A stretch of 19,358 bases of DNA. It comes from Promethearchaeota archaeon (GTDB taxonomy: Archaea > Asgardarchaeota > Lokiarchaeia > Sigyniarchaeales > SOKP01). A program made the translations under genes and the position numbers. Positions within the stretch are counted from its first letter, which is position 1. Each line of letters opens with the position of its first letter. The notes beneath the pieces are model-generated. The model saw only the letters and a program-made list of their open reading frames with translations, was not told where the DNA came from and did no database searches. The DNA is taken from positions 1-19,358 of the forward strand of contig SHMW01000082.1 in the NCBI GenBank assembly GCA_008080735.1, in the 5' to 3' direction. This document shows positions 8,964 through 16,943 of this stretch, piece by piece.

Positions 8964-11036
8964 ATGGATTTTTTCTACGAGATCCTCAAAAATCGCATTG
9001 GCTTTTCACGCGTGGGTCGAATTAATGAGATAGGATCATCAAAACCTGTAAAGACGCCTAATATTGTTATCCCAATTAACAAAACTCTGATGAATAATTT
9101 TGATTTTGTCGATACTTTTGGATGTCATGAAATCTTTATTATTTCTGACGAAATCTATTTAGATGAACAATTTTTAGATGGGATGTTTATAGATTCTGGA
9201 TTTTTTTACTATCATAAAGGAACCGTTCAGCGGTTTACAGAAATATTAGAAAAAAAGAAGGACCTTATCGAAAAGAATAAGGTAGTACCAATCCTACCAT
9301 TTTCAATCCCGACAACCACCGTAAATTTTGAATTTGCGGAAAAAGAATTGGTTTATTACCTAAATAAATTGGATAACATACTTAAAAACCATCCAGCCAT
9401 TAATTTTGGTTTATCCATTCGTTTTTTTGATTATTATGAAGTTTTAGAACGGTATAAAGTATTGATACAAAAGCATAACAACATAAAGTTGCTAAATTTC
9501 CTTGATATTTTTGATAATCTTAGGTTTTTTCGTAATAAATTAGAAGCGATAATAAAATTAAAAGACGAATTAGATAACAATCTTGTTCTAATGGCATCAG
9601 GACGGGTTTTGACGAAATATATCCCTATTATTGTATATCTGGGCTTTGATTTAATCAATAGTTCATATCTCACTCATTTATCCGCAGAAAGCTTTTATGA
9701 TACGATAGATAATCTTATCCCCGCATATAAAGTAAGATATCTTCCGTGTAATTGTTTATCTTGCCAAAATAGACTAAAAGGATTATTGGAAGAAAAATAT
9801 TCTGCGGATAAAATAGATTTATTATGTTATCATAATTTCATTGTTGCTCGCAATTATATGAATAAAACAATTCAATATCTACATACGGAGGATTTCCGAG
9901 CTCTCGTCGAAAAATCATCTTTAAACGAGCTGAATTTTAAATCTTTGTTGAAAATATGCGATAAGAATTATTTTGAACAACTCAAATACCATTCAAAAAT
10001 GATTCAAAAAAATAGGGAAATAACTTGTTTAGGTCCTATATCGTACAATAGACCCGATTTTGAGTATTTCAGAAGAAATGTGTTAAACACTTTTACGCCC
10101 GAACCATGGACGAAACTCATTATCTTATTACCCTGTTCAGCAAAAAAACCCTATTCTCAATCAAGATCTCATCAAAAATTTTATGACATCATTCGGCAAT
10201 TTTCTGAATTTCCTTCTTTTCAAGAAATCATTCTTACTTCCCCTTTGGGGGCTATCCCGCGACAATTAGAAAATATATATCCAGTTAATTCATATGAGAT
10301 ATCAGTAACGGGAGATTGGAATACGGAAGAGATAGAAATCGCTGCGAATATGTTATCTGCTCTATTAAATAAATTTGATAAAGATATTCCTGTAATCTGT
10401 CATCTTGATGGAGGGTATTTAGATATTGCAAAAGAAGCGGAAAAATCTGTTAAGAACCAGTTAATCTTCTCCAACGTGGACGATCATCTCACTTCGGACG
10501 ATGCGCTCAAAAAGTTAGAAAATAATCTACAGAATAATATTTCAGAATTTAAACCCAAAATGAACATTTCTTCAGATAATAAACTTACAAAATCATGGCG
10601 TAGAAAATTTTCAAAAATAATTGATTATCAGTTTGGAATGGGGTTTGGAGAAAAATTAATCTCAGAAAATGTACGATATAAGAGAGATCATAGAAATACT
10701 CGGTTTTATTTGGAAAATAAAAGCAATGGAGACCAACTAGGAACGTTTAAATTTTCCACGGGAAAGATAAGATTATCCATAAAGGGAGCAGAAAGAATTG
10801 CATATCTCCCGGATTTTTCTAATTTTATTATATTTGATGGTACAGTATTAAAAGGAAATACCTTATTTATGCCAGGTATCAAAAATTATGCTCCAAATCT
10901 CTTACCAGATCAAAATGTATGTATATTCGACCAAAAGAAAGAATCCATTATAGCGATGGGAGATATGATTACAAGCTCACGGTTTATTCAAAATTCAACA
11001 TCAGGAAAGGTAGTAAAAATCTATGAAACTAGATGA
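8964..11036 (+). CDS. arcS: Archaeosine synthase subunit alpha (ArcS; TGT-like N-terminus, C-terminal PUA-like domain)
   Basis: TGT-like start (SRVGRI..KTP), Zn motif PCNCLSC...HN, ArcS motif LLPCSAKKPYSQSRSH, LTSPLGAIPR.LE..YP, VTGDW, and a PUA-like end (GNTLFMPGI). Overlaps raSEA by 14 nt. Confidence 0.9.
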   Translation: MDFFYEILKNRIGFSRVGRINEIGSSKPVKTPNIVIPINKTLMNNFDFVDTFGCHEIFIISDEIYLDEQFLDGMFIDSGFFYYHKGTVQRFTEILEKKKDLIEKNKVVPILPFSIPTTTVNFEFAEKELVYYLNKLDNILKNHPAINFGLSIRFFDYYEVLERYKVLIQKHNNIKLLNFLDIFDNLRFFRNKLEAIIKLKDELDNNLVLMASGRVLTKYIPIIVYLGFDLINSSYLTHLSAESFYDTIDNLIPAYKVRYLPCNCLSCQNRLKGLLEEKYSADKIDLLCYHNFIVARNYMNKTIQYLHTEDFRALVEKSSLNELNFKSLLKICDKNYFEQLKYHSKMIQKNREITCLGPISYNRPDFEYFRRNVLNTFTPEPWTKLIILLPCSAKKPYSQSRSHQKFYDIIRQFSEFPSFQEIILTSPLGAIPRQLENIYPVNSYEISVTGDWNTEEIEIAANMLSALLNKFDKDIPVICHLDGGYLDIAKEAEKSVKNQLIFSNVDDHLTSDDALKKLENNLQNNISEFKPKMNISSDNKLTKSWRRKFSKIIDYQFGMGFGEKLISENVRYKRDHRNTRFYLENKSNGDQLGTFKFSTGKIRLSIKGAERIAYLPDFSNFIIFDGTVLKGNTLFMPGIKNYAPNLLPDQNVCIFDQKKESIIAMGDMITSSRFIQNSTSGKVVKIYETR

Positions 11037-12117
11037 AAATAAACAGAAATATGAGTGTTTAGCTGAGGAAATCGAAGGACTGCGAAAACACACCTTAAAG
11101 AATAGAACCCCCTATTCAGATGACAAATTAGGCAAACCCCTGGCATTCTGGACCAAACAAGAACGTCTTTTAGATAAGGTTGGAAAAGAGTTAACTATCA
11201 TTTTAAGGACTAAGGGATGTTATTGGGCCTTGGAACATGGCGGATGTTCGATGTGTGGGTATATCGAAGATGCAAATATTCAAAATGTTCCATCCGAGCA
11301 AATTATTCATCAATTTGATTATGCAGTTCAAAATAAAATCACAGAAATAAGAGAAGATAGCAACGATTATGTACTAAAAATTTTTAATTCGGGGAGCTTT
11401 TTTGATGATTCTGAAATAAATAAACAGACAAGAGAACATATATATAAAAAAGTGGCAGAGATTCCGCAAATCACGGAATTCATCGTGGAATCGAGAATTG
11501 AATTCATTACCGAAGATAACCTTATGGAGATGAAGAAATATCTCCCAGATATATGTATTGAGATTGGAATTGGTTTAGAATCTGTTGATGACCATATTAG
11601 AAATAAATATATCAATAAAGGACTAACATTTGAGGACTTCCTAAGCACTAAGGAACTTTGTGATCTTAATGATGTGGGAATTAAGGCATATCTTCTCTTT
11701 AAACCCCCCTTTCTTAACGAGCAAGCTTCTATCGACGATTGTATACATTCGATAAAAACTTTAATAGATCTAGGCATTGAATCCATTTCCATTAATCCGT
11801 GCAATGTACAAAAGAATTCATTTGTCGAATATTTATGGTATCAAAACCGCTATCGCCCTCCGTGGTATTATTCTTTATTTGAGTGTTTTAAAAAAGCTCT
11901 GAATTCGTCAACGTTACAAAAAACACGTATTTTATGTGATCCTTCGGGAGCCGGCACCAAGAGGGGCATTCACAACTGTTTAAGAAAAGAATGTAATGAA
12001 AAAATGAGAGAAATTTTGTCCCAGTTTATTCTTTCCCAAGACTTAGAAATTTTAAACGAGATCGAGTATGATTGTATTTGTTATTCACGATATAATTTGC
12101 AAAAAGACCATCTATAG
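11023..12117 (+). CDS. raSEA: Archaeosine biosynthesis radical SAM protein RaSEA
   Basis: Atypical Cys motif LRTKGCYWALEHGGCSMCGY, plus FNSGSFFD, VESR.E, IGIGLES, INKG, KAYLLFKPPFL, YRPPW and RGIHNC. Coupled to arcS. Confidence 0.92.
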   Translation: MKLDENKQKYECLAEEIEGLRKHTLKNRTPYSDDKLGKPLAFWTKQERLLDKVGKELTIILRTKGCYWALEHGGCSMCGYIEDANIQNVPSEQIIHQFDYAVQNKITEIREDSNDYVLKIFNSGSFFDDSEINKQTREHIYKKVAEIPQITEFIVESRIEFITEDNLMEMKKYLPDICIEIGIGLESVDDHIRNKYINKGLTFEDFLSTKELCDLNDVGIKAYLLFKPPFLNEQASIDDCIHSIKTLIDLGIESISINPCNVQKNSFVEYLWYQNRYRPPWYYSLFECFKKALNSSTLQKTRILCDPSGAGTKRGIHNCLRKECNEKMREILSQFILSQDLEILNEIEYDCICYSRYNLQKDHL

Positions 12118-12258
12118 TTTGATTAATTTTCTTTTTTGATCATTTAGTTATGTATTTTTTTACATTCAATTTATGATTTTGTTAATTATGTAGTTTGCTC
12201 TCAGTAGCTTTTCTCTTTTCGCTATCAATTGCTTCGGTTTCCTCCAACAAACTAAAAG

Positions 12259-12266
12259 TTTAAATA
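12259..12266 (+). promoter_or_regulatory. Candidate TATA box for gar1-tfb
   Basis: TTTAAATA preceded by purine-rich AAAAG (BRE-like), about 90 nt upstream of gar1. Confidence 0.35.
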
Positions 12267-12353
12267 CGTAAGTAATATTAAAGTAATTTAACTTATCTGA
12301 TGCTCTCTGTAAGAATTTCACAATCTAAAAATCAGTCATCACGGTCTTAACCT

Positions 12354-12602
12354 ATGAATTGGTACAAATTAAACTTATTTCACTTGGGATTTTCTGCAAA
12401 AAACCACGCCATTTTCCGGGCAACCAAATGGAATAAAAAGCTTGAAGCTATAATTAAAAAACCAATCTTTAATGAAGAATATGAGAAGATCGGATTTATT
12501 CTCGATATCTTCGGTCCACACTCAAATCCCTTTATTTCAATCAAACCTGAACCCAATATAGAAATTGGGAAAAATAATAAGTTTTATGTTAAGGTAGCTT
12601 GA
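12354..12602 (+). CDS. gar1: H/ACA RNP subunit Gar1/Naf1 family protein
   Basis: Motif IGFILDIFGPHSNPFISIKP matches the Gar1 consensus (IG.V.DIFGPV..PY..VKP). It sits immediately upstream of tfb, a common archaeal arrangement. Confidence 0.82.
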   Translation: MNWYKLNLFHLGFSAKNHAIFRATKWNKKLEAIIKKPIFNEEYEKIGFILDIFGPHSNPFISIKPEPNIEIGKNNKFYVKVA

Positions 12603-12659
12603 TGGTTTTTAGATTCTTATAGGTTAGTTAATGTATTTTTTTAAAAAAAGGTGTGTTCG

Positions 12660-13601
12660 GTGGAAAGAATAAAACAAAAAGCTTCATCAGAAAATCTCAT
12701 CATTGAGAAAAATACCTGTACTGAATGTGGAGAGAATATCTTTTTTGATGAGAATAGAGGTTTATTAGTATGTGAGAGCTGCGGGTTGGTTCATTCAGAA
12801 AATTATATCGATAGAGGGCCAGAATGGAGAGCCTTTGATGCGGATCAGAGGAAAAAGCGGACGCGAACGGGTGCTCCGATGACATATATGATCCACGACA
12901 AGGGATTGTCCACGATGATCGATTGGAAGAATAAGGATTTCTATGGAAGGGAAATTCCTGCAAAATTACGTGGACAGATTTATCGCCTACGTAAATGGCA
13001 GAGTCGAATCCGGGTTAGCGATGCAACAGAACGGAATTTAACCTTTGCCTTGAGCGAACTTGATCGAATGGCCTCAAATTTGGATTTACCAAAAAATTTA
13101 AGAGAATGTTCTGCGAAAATTTATCGTGATGCTGTGGAAAAACATCTCATTCGAGGAAGAAGTATCGAAGGAGTAGCGGCGGCAAGTTTGTACGCGGCAT
13201 GTCGGATGTATAAGGTTCCCAGAACATTAAATGAAATTGCTGACATTGCCAGAGTGGATAAAAAAGAAATAGGGCGTTCTTTTCGCTTCATCTCTAATGA
13301 GCTTCATATGAATTTAAATCCCACTATCGCCTCAGACTTCTTAACTCGTTTTATCTCAGAATTGGGATTATCCACAAAATGCCAGAAGATCGCTAAGAAG
13401 ATTATTAAAATGGCACAAGATCGCGGATTAACTTCAGGTCGCGGCCCAACTGGGGTATGTGCAGCAGCTATTTATGCCTCTACTCTTATTACAAAAGAGA
13501 AGAGGACCCAAAGAAAGATTGCCCGTATTTCACAGGTGACGGAAGTCACGGTACGGAATAGATTCTCCGAATTAGTGGAGTATCTGAATTTAAACCTCTA
13601 A
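12660..13601 (+). CDS. tfb: Transcription initiation factor IIB (TFB)
   Basis: Zn ribbon CTEC...CESCG, B-reader DRGPEWRAF, HDKGLST, RLRKWQ, and two cyclin folds (IRGRS, SGRGP, VTEVTVRNR). GTG at 12660 follows SD-like AAGGTG; 12651 is the alternative start. Confidence 0.97.
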   Translation: MERIKQKASSENLIIEKNTCTECGENIFFDENRGLLVCESCGLVHSENYIDRGPEWRAFDADQRKKRTRTGAPMTYMIHDKGLSTMIDWKNKDFYGREIPAKLRGQIYRLRKWQSRIRVSDATERNLTFALSELDRMASNLDLPKNLRECSAKIYRDAVEKHLIRGRSIEGVAAASLYAACRMYKVPRTLNEIADIARVDKKEIGRSFRFISNELHMNLNPTIASDFLTRFISELGLSTKCQKIAKKIIKMAQDRGLTSGRGPTGVCAAAIYASTLITKEKRTQRKIARISQVTEVTVRNRFSELVEYLNLNL

Positions 13602-13613
13602 ATATCAATAAAT

Positions 13614-13632
13614 TCTCCTTCTTTTTTTATTG
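13614..13632 (+). terminator. Candidate oligo-T terminator after tfb
   Basis: Pyrimidine/T-run (CCTTCTTTTTTTATT) shortly after the tfb stop. Confidence 0.35.
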
Positions 13633-13775
13633 TTGTATAATCGTCTTGTATTTAAAATCAGGAGATCAGATCTAATGCTGATATTCTTATCATTACATCT
13701 TCATATTATTCTGATTTATTATGATTCTTTTTTTCTGATATCTTAAAAACAATTTGCAAAGGTAGAGCTTAAAAA

Positions 13776-14111
13776 ATGAAAGATGTGATTAATTCAACAC
13801 AAATTTGCCATTTTTTGGATGATGTTGAGCATAATTTTCCAAATTTTGTCGCAGCTGTGATATCTGACTCAGATGGCTTACCAATTGGTTCAAAAATCCC
13901 AAAAGGATTCCAATATCAAGAAAATATCTTGGCTTTAGAGGCTATAACACGAAATAAAGGTTTCCTGGAGAATTCAAATTATATCAAGGTAAAAGTTGCG
14001 CTTAATGAGGATAAATCAGTCAGATTATTACTGCTATTAAATAAACCAAAAAATTATTTGAATGGATTTAAGAATTTGAAACGAATAGTCCAACGGCAGA
14101 TGCTTTTTTAA
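13776..14111 (+). CDS. Roadblock/LC7-like domain protein (divergent)
   Basis: FVAAVISDSDGLPIGS matches the roadblock/MglB N-terminal beta-hairpin. Length is 111 aa. Confidence 0.65.
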   Translation: MKDVINSTQICHFLDDVEHNFPNFVAAVISDSDGLPIGSKIPKGFQYQENILALEAITRNKGFLENSNYIKVKVALNEDKSVRLLLLLNKPKNYLNGFKNLKRIVQRQMLF

Positions 14112-14363
14112 TTTATAATATGAGAAGTTTTAAAGAAACAGCAATTATCTTACTTAAAAAAACCAAATTGCGTATCGACTATTAGAACAATCAAAAAATG
14201 AGGAAATTTTTTATATCCATATCAATATTTGTATCATAGATTGATTACTTAGTCACTGGGTTAAGATTAATTATTAACACAAAAATTTAGTTTTTATACT
14301 CAAACTAACATATATAAGTAGTAGGATAAAAAAATAATAAAAAAACTTCCTAAGAAAGCACCC

Positions 14364-14831
14364 ATGAATTATTCTGAAGATGAACGGATGTTAAAAAAGA
14401 TCCTAAATGCTATTATTAATAGCACCGCGGGATTAAGATATGCCATCATTATTGATGACACCGGTATTACGATTATGAGTCAATCCAAGTTTAAGCTGGC
14501 GGATGATGAGATTTCAGTGGAAAAAATTGGTGCTATTGGGGGTGCGGTATTTATGGCTGGAGAGGAACAGGGGCAGATTCTTAATTACGGAAAGATTGAC
14601 CTTCAAATCACCGAATATGGAAAAGGAATGTTATTTTCGATGAAAGTTGGAAAAGGAGTACTCTGTTTAGCATCTGATAAAAATGTTAATATCGGCTTTG
14701 TTAGAGCGGTGATGAAAAAATGGGCCCCTAAATTAGGAAAAATATTAGATCGCTACCTTGAAAGTGACCAAGACGCAATAAATGAAGAATTAAAAGAACT
14801 CTTCAATTCAGATACAATAAGCATGCTTTGA
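14364..14831 (+). CDS. Roadblock/LC7 (LAMTOR2/MglB-like) domain protein
   Basis: GLRYAIIIDDTGITI, helix IGAIGGAVF, LQITEYGKG.LF and NIGFVR together span the full roadblock fold pattern. Confidence 0.82.
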   Translation: MNYSEDERMLKKILNAIINSTAGLRYAIIIDDTGITIMSQSKFKLADDEISVEKIGAIGGAVFMAGEEQGQILNYGKIDLQITEYGKGMLFSMKVGKGVLCLASDKNVNIGFVRAVMKKWAPKLGKILDRYLESDQDAINEELKELFNSDTISML

Positions 14832-14951
14832 TTCTGTTTTTATATTTCATATGTTCATCTCTTAAGTCAAAAATTCTATAATATTTAAATTACATTCTTA
14901 TTTAGCTAGTCCATATTATTTATAGCATTTTTCTTGAAAAGGTAATTATGA

Positions 14952-15623
14952 ATGAAAGTGATTATGTCCTGGAGCGGAGGAAAGGACTCTGTCATAGCAT
15001 TATATAATGTCCTAAAAAACGATGAGCTTGAAGTATCTTCCCTTCTAACAACTATTACAGAAGCATATGAAAGAATCAGTATGCATGGAGTGCGAAAGGA
15101 ATTGCTGGAAGCGCAGTCGAAAGCGTTAGATCTTCCTCTTGAGTTAGTGTATATTCCAACCGAGTGTTCCAATGAAATATATAAACGGATTATGGAAAAG
15201 CGAATGATGGAGCTGAAAGCGCAGGGAATTAAGGGCGTGGTTTTTGGAGATATTTTTTTAGAGGATATAAGAAAATATCGAGAGGAAAATCTCTCTCAAG
15301 TTGGGATGGAAGCTATCTTTCCCTTATGGGGGATTTCCACGAGGGGGTTAGCTCATACATTTATAGGTTTAGGTTTTAAAGCCGTTATAACGTGTGTTGA
15401 TTCAGAATTTCTTGATAAATCGTTCGTTGGGAGACAATATAGTCGTAAATTTTTATCAGATTTACCAGAAATGGCTGATCCTTGCGGAGAAAACGGAGAG
15501 TTTCATTCATTTGTGTATGATGGTCCCATCTTTAAGAAACCTATCTCCTTTAAATCTGGAAAAGTTGAATTTAGAGAGAATAGATTTTATTTTCAAGATT
15601 TATTGCTCAAGCAAAGCTTGTAG
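14952..15623 (+). CDS. Diphthine-ammonia ligase family (Dph6/DUF71) PP-loop ATP pyrophosphatase
   Basis: Motifs SWSGGKDS, MHGVR, VFGDIFLEDIR, FPLWG and DPCGENGEFHSFVYDGP. Confidence 0.88.
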   Translation: MKVIMSWSGGKDSVIALYNVLKNDELEVSSLLTTITEAYERISMHGVRKELLEAQSKALDLPLELVYIPTECSNEIYKRIMEKRMMELKAQGIKGVVFGDIFLEDIRKYREENLSQVGMEAIFPLWGISTRGLAHTFIGLGFKAVITCVDSEFLDKSFVGRQYSRKFLSDLPEMADPCGENGEFHSFVYDGPIFKKPISFKSGKVEFRENRFYFQDLLLKQSL

Positions 15624-15677
15624 AAATAAAGCTAAAGACGCAATGCTAAATTGAGCTTAAGAATTAGAAATTAGTAG

Positions 15678-15960
15678 ATATGTCGCCTAAAACACTAACA
15701 CATTTTTCTCATCTTAGGGGAGGTTTGTCCCATAACATCAAAAATGTTCTCTCGTGTTAGGCATTTGGGTTGGGACATAATCATGTATCCTGTCTGGGTA
15801 ACTGACTCACACCTCATCGCATTGGTATTCACCATAGCTAGGTAAAGAGCCCATTTTGGCCAGGATTGGTAGATTTACTGATTACTAAACTCGGGATGTC
15901 TGCTCGTTTTTGCACATATACTCATCTGTTTGTCATATATGCCCTCGACTAAGCATGTAT
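15678..15960 (-). ncRNA. Predicted three-hairpin box H/ACA pseudouridylation guide RNA
   Basis: On the minus strand, three stem-pocket-stem hairpins (15955-15901, 15866-15787, 15763-15684) each end at an ACA (15899-97, 15786-84, 15683-81) and each carries a GAUGA K-turn/K-loop motif. The hairpin 1 pocket is complementary to conserved 23S rRNA UUUGC-UA-CCUCGAU, 14 nt from ACA. The region is GC-richer than its flanks and has no credible ORF. Confidence 0.78.
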
Positions 15961-16113
15961 TCCTTCAGCGTTTTCCCATTTAAGATATATTATTCCGGGA
16001 TTAAAAATTTAATTCTAATTTTGTAAAAATGGACTTTTTTTGTATTTAGAATGAATTTTTAGGGGCATTGGGCGATCGATAGGTAAAAATTTTAATGCGT
16101 TTAAAATAATATA

Positions 16114-16929
16114 ATGATAATGAATATTCCAGATGATTGGTTTGAGATAAAGAAGGAAGAGGATCATATAATAGCGATTCAAGAGAGGCTTGAGAAAGTC
16201 GATCCTCGCTTCTATACCCACAACACGAATATATTCCTTCTTCTCGGGGAGTCCAAAGCATTATTAATTGATACAGGTAGTGGGGTAGTGCCTCTCAAGC
16301 CCGTTGTAAAAGAATTTATTGATACTCGAGATTTGCTTGTGATAAATACTCACGGTCACTGGGATCATATAGGAAACAATCATGAGTTTGAGAGAGTTTA
16401 TATCCACAAAAATGAAGCGGGCTTTATTAAAAACCCTGTTAATATTTCCAATCTTAGGGATTCTCCGGAAGAGATAGCAAAGAATTATGAGCCCATGGAC
16501 TATATACTCAGTCCTTCCGCTAAAGTTGTTAAAGTTGAGGAAGGGGATGAATTTGATTTAGGCAATCTCGCTGTAGAAGTGCTTCATACTCCTGGGCACT
16601 CACCGGGGTCTATTTCAATTCTAACTCACAGAGGGGAGTTGTTTCCCGGAGATTTGATGCATTATGGTTCCGTATTCCTTCCGAAAAAAAAGCTTTTGAA
16701 TACAGTACTTACAAGCTTAGATCATATTCTCCAATTATTCGATGATGGAAAAGTGAAGAGTCTATATCCTGCTCATGGCAGTTTTCCCCATGGGAGAGAG
16801 CTCGTGGAAAAGCTTATTAAAGGAATTAATAACATAGATAATCTATGGGAGCAAAAAGAGAAAGATCAATTTCTTCGATCGTGGGTCATTGATGATGGAA
16901 CTTTTAAGTATGTGATTTCAAGATTTTGA
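16114..16929 (+). CDS. Metallo-beta-lactamase fold hydrolase (glyoxalase II-like)
   Basis: Motifs LLIDTG, THGHWDHIG (HxHxDH), HTPGHSPGS, LFPGD and YPAHG. Confidence 0.92.
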   Translation: MIMNIPDDWFEIKKEEDHIIAIQERLEKVDPRFYTHNTNIFLLLGESKALLIDTGSGVVPLKPVVKEFIDTRDLLVINTHGHWDHIGNNHEFERVYIHKNEAGFIKNPVNISNLRDSPEEIAKNYEPMDYILSPSAKVVKVEEGDEFDLGNLAVEVLHTPGHSPGSISILTHRGELFPGDLMHYGSVFLPKKKLLNTVLTSLDHILQLFDDGKVKSLYPAHGSFPHGRELVEKLIKGINNIDNLWEQKEKDQFLRSWVIDDGTFKYVISRF

Positions 16930-16943
16930 TATCATACTACAAC

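Noticed and set aside
2134-12963. Short alternative-frame or antisense ORFs (2134-2343, 5190-5375, 6795-7130, 7229-7438, 7551-7835, 9434-9673, 11367-11804, 12700-12963)
   Set aside because: They lie within or almost within well-supported genes and have no motifs, so they are shadow ORFs.
15660-15970. RNase P RNA, SRP RNA or tRNA
   Set aside because: The size fits RNase P or SRP, but I found no GAGGAAAGUCC-type P4 motif, no SRP helix-8 motif and no cloverleaf on either strand.
15875-15979. Minus-strand mini-ORF MGKR-UGA-RNTC... as a selenoprotein
   Set aside because: Only 34 aa with no recognisable family or redox motif. The sequence is better explained by the H/ACA hairpin.
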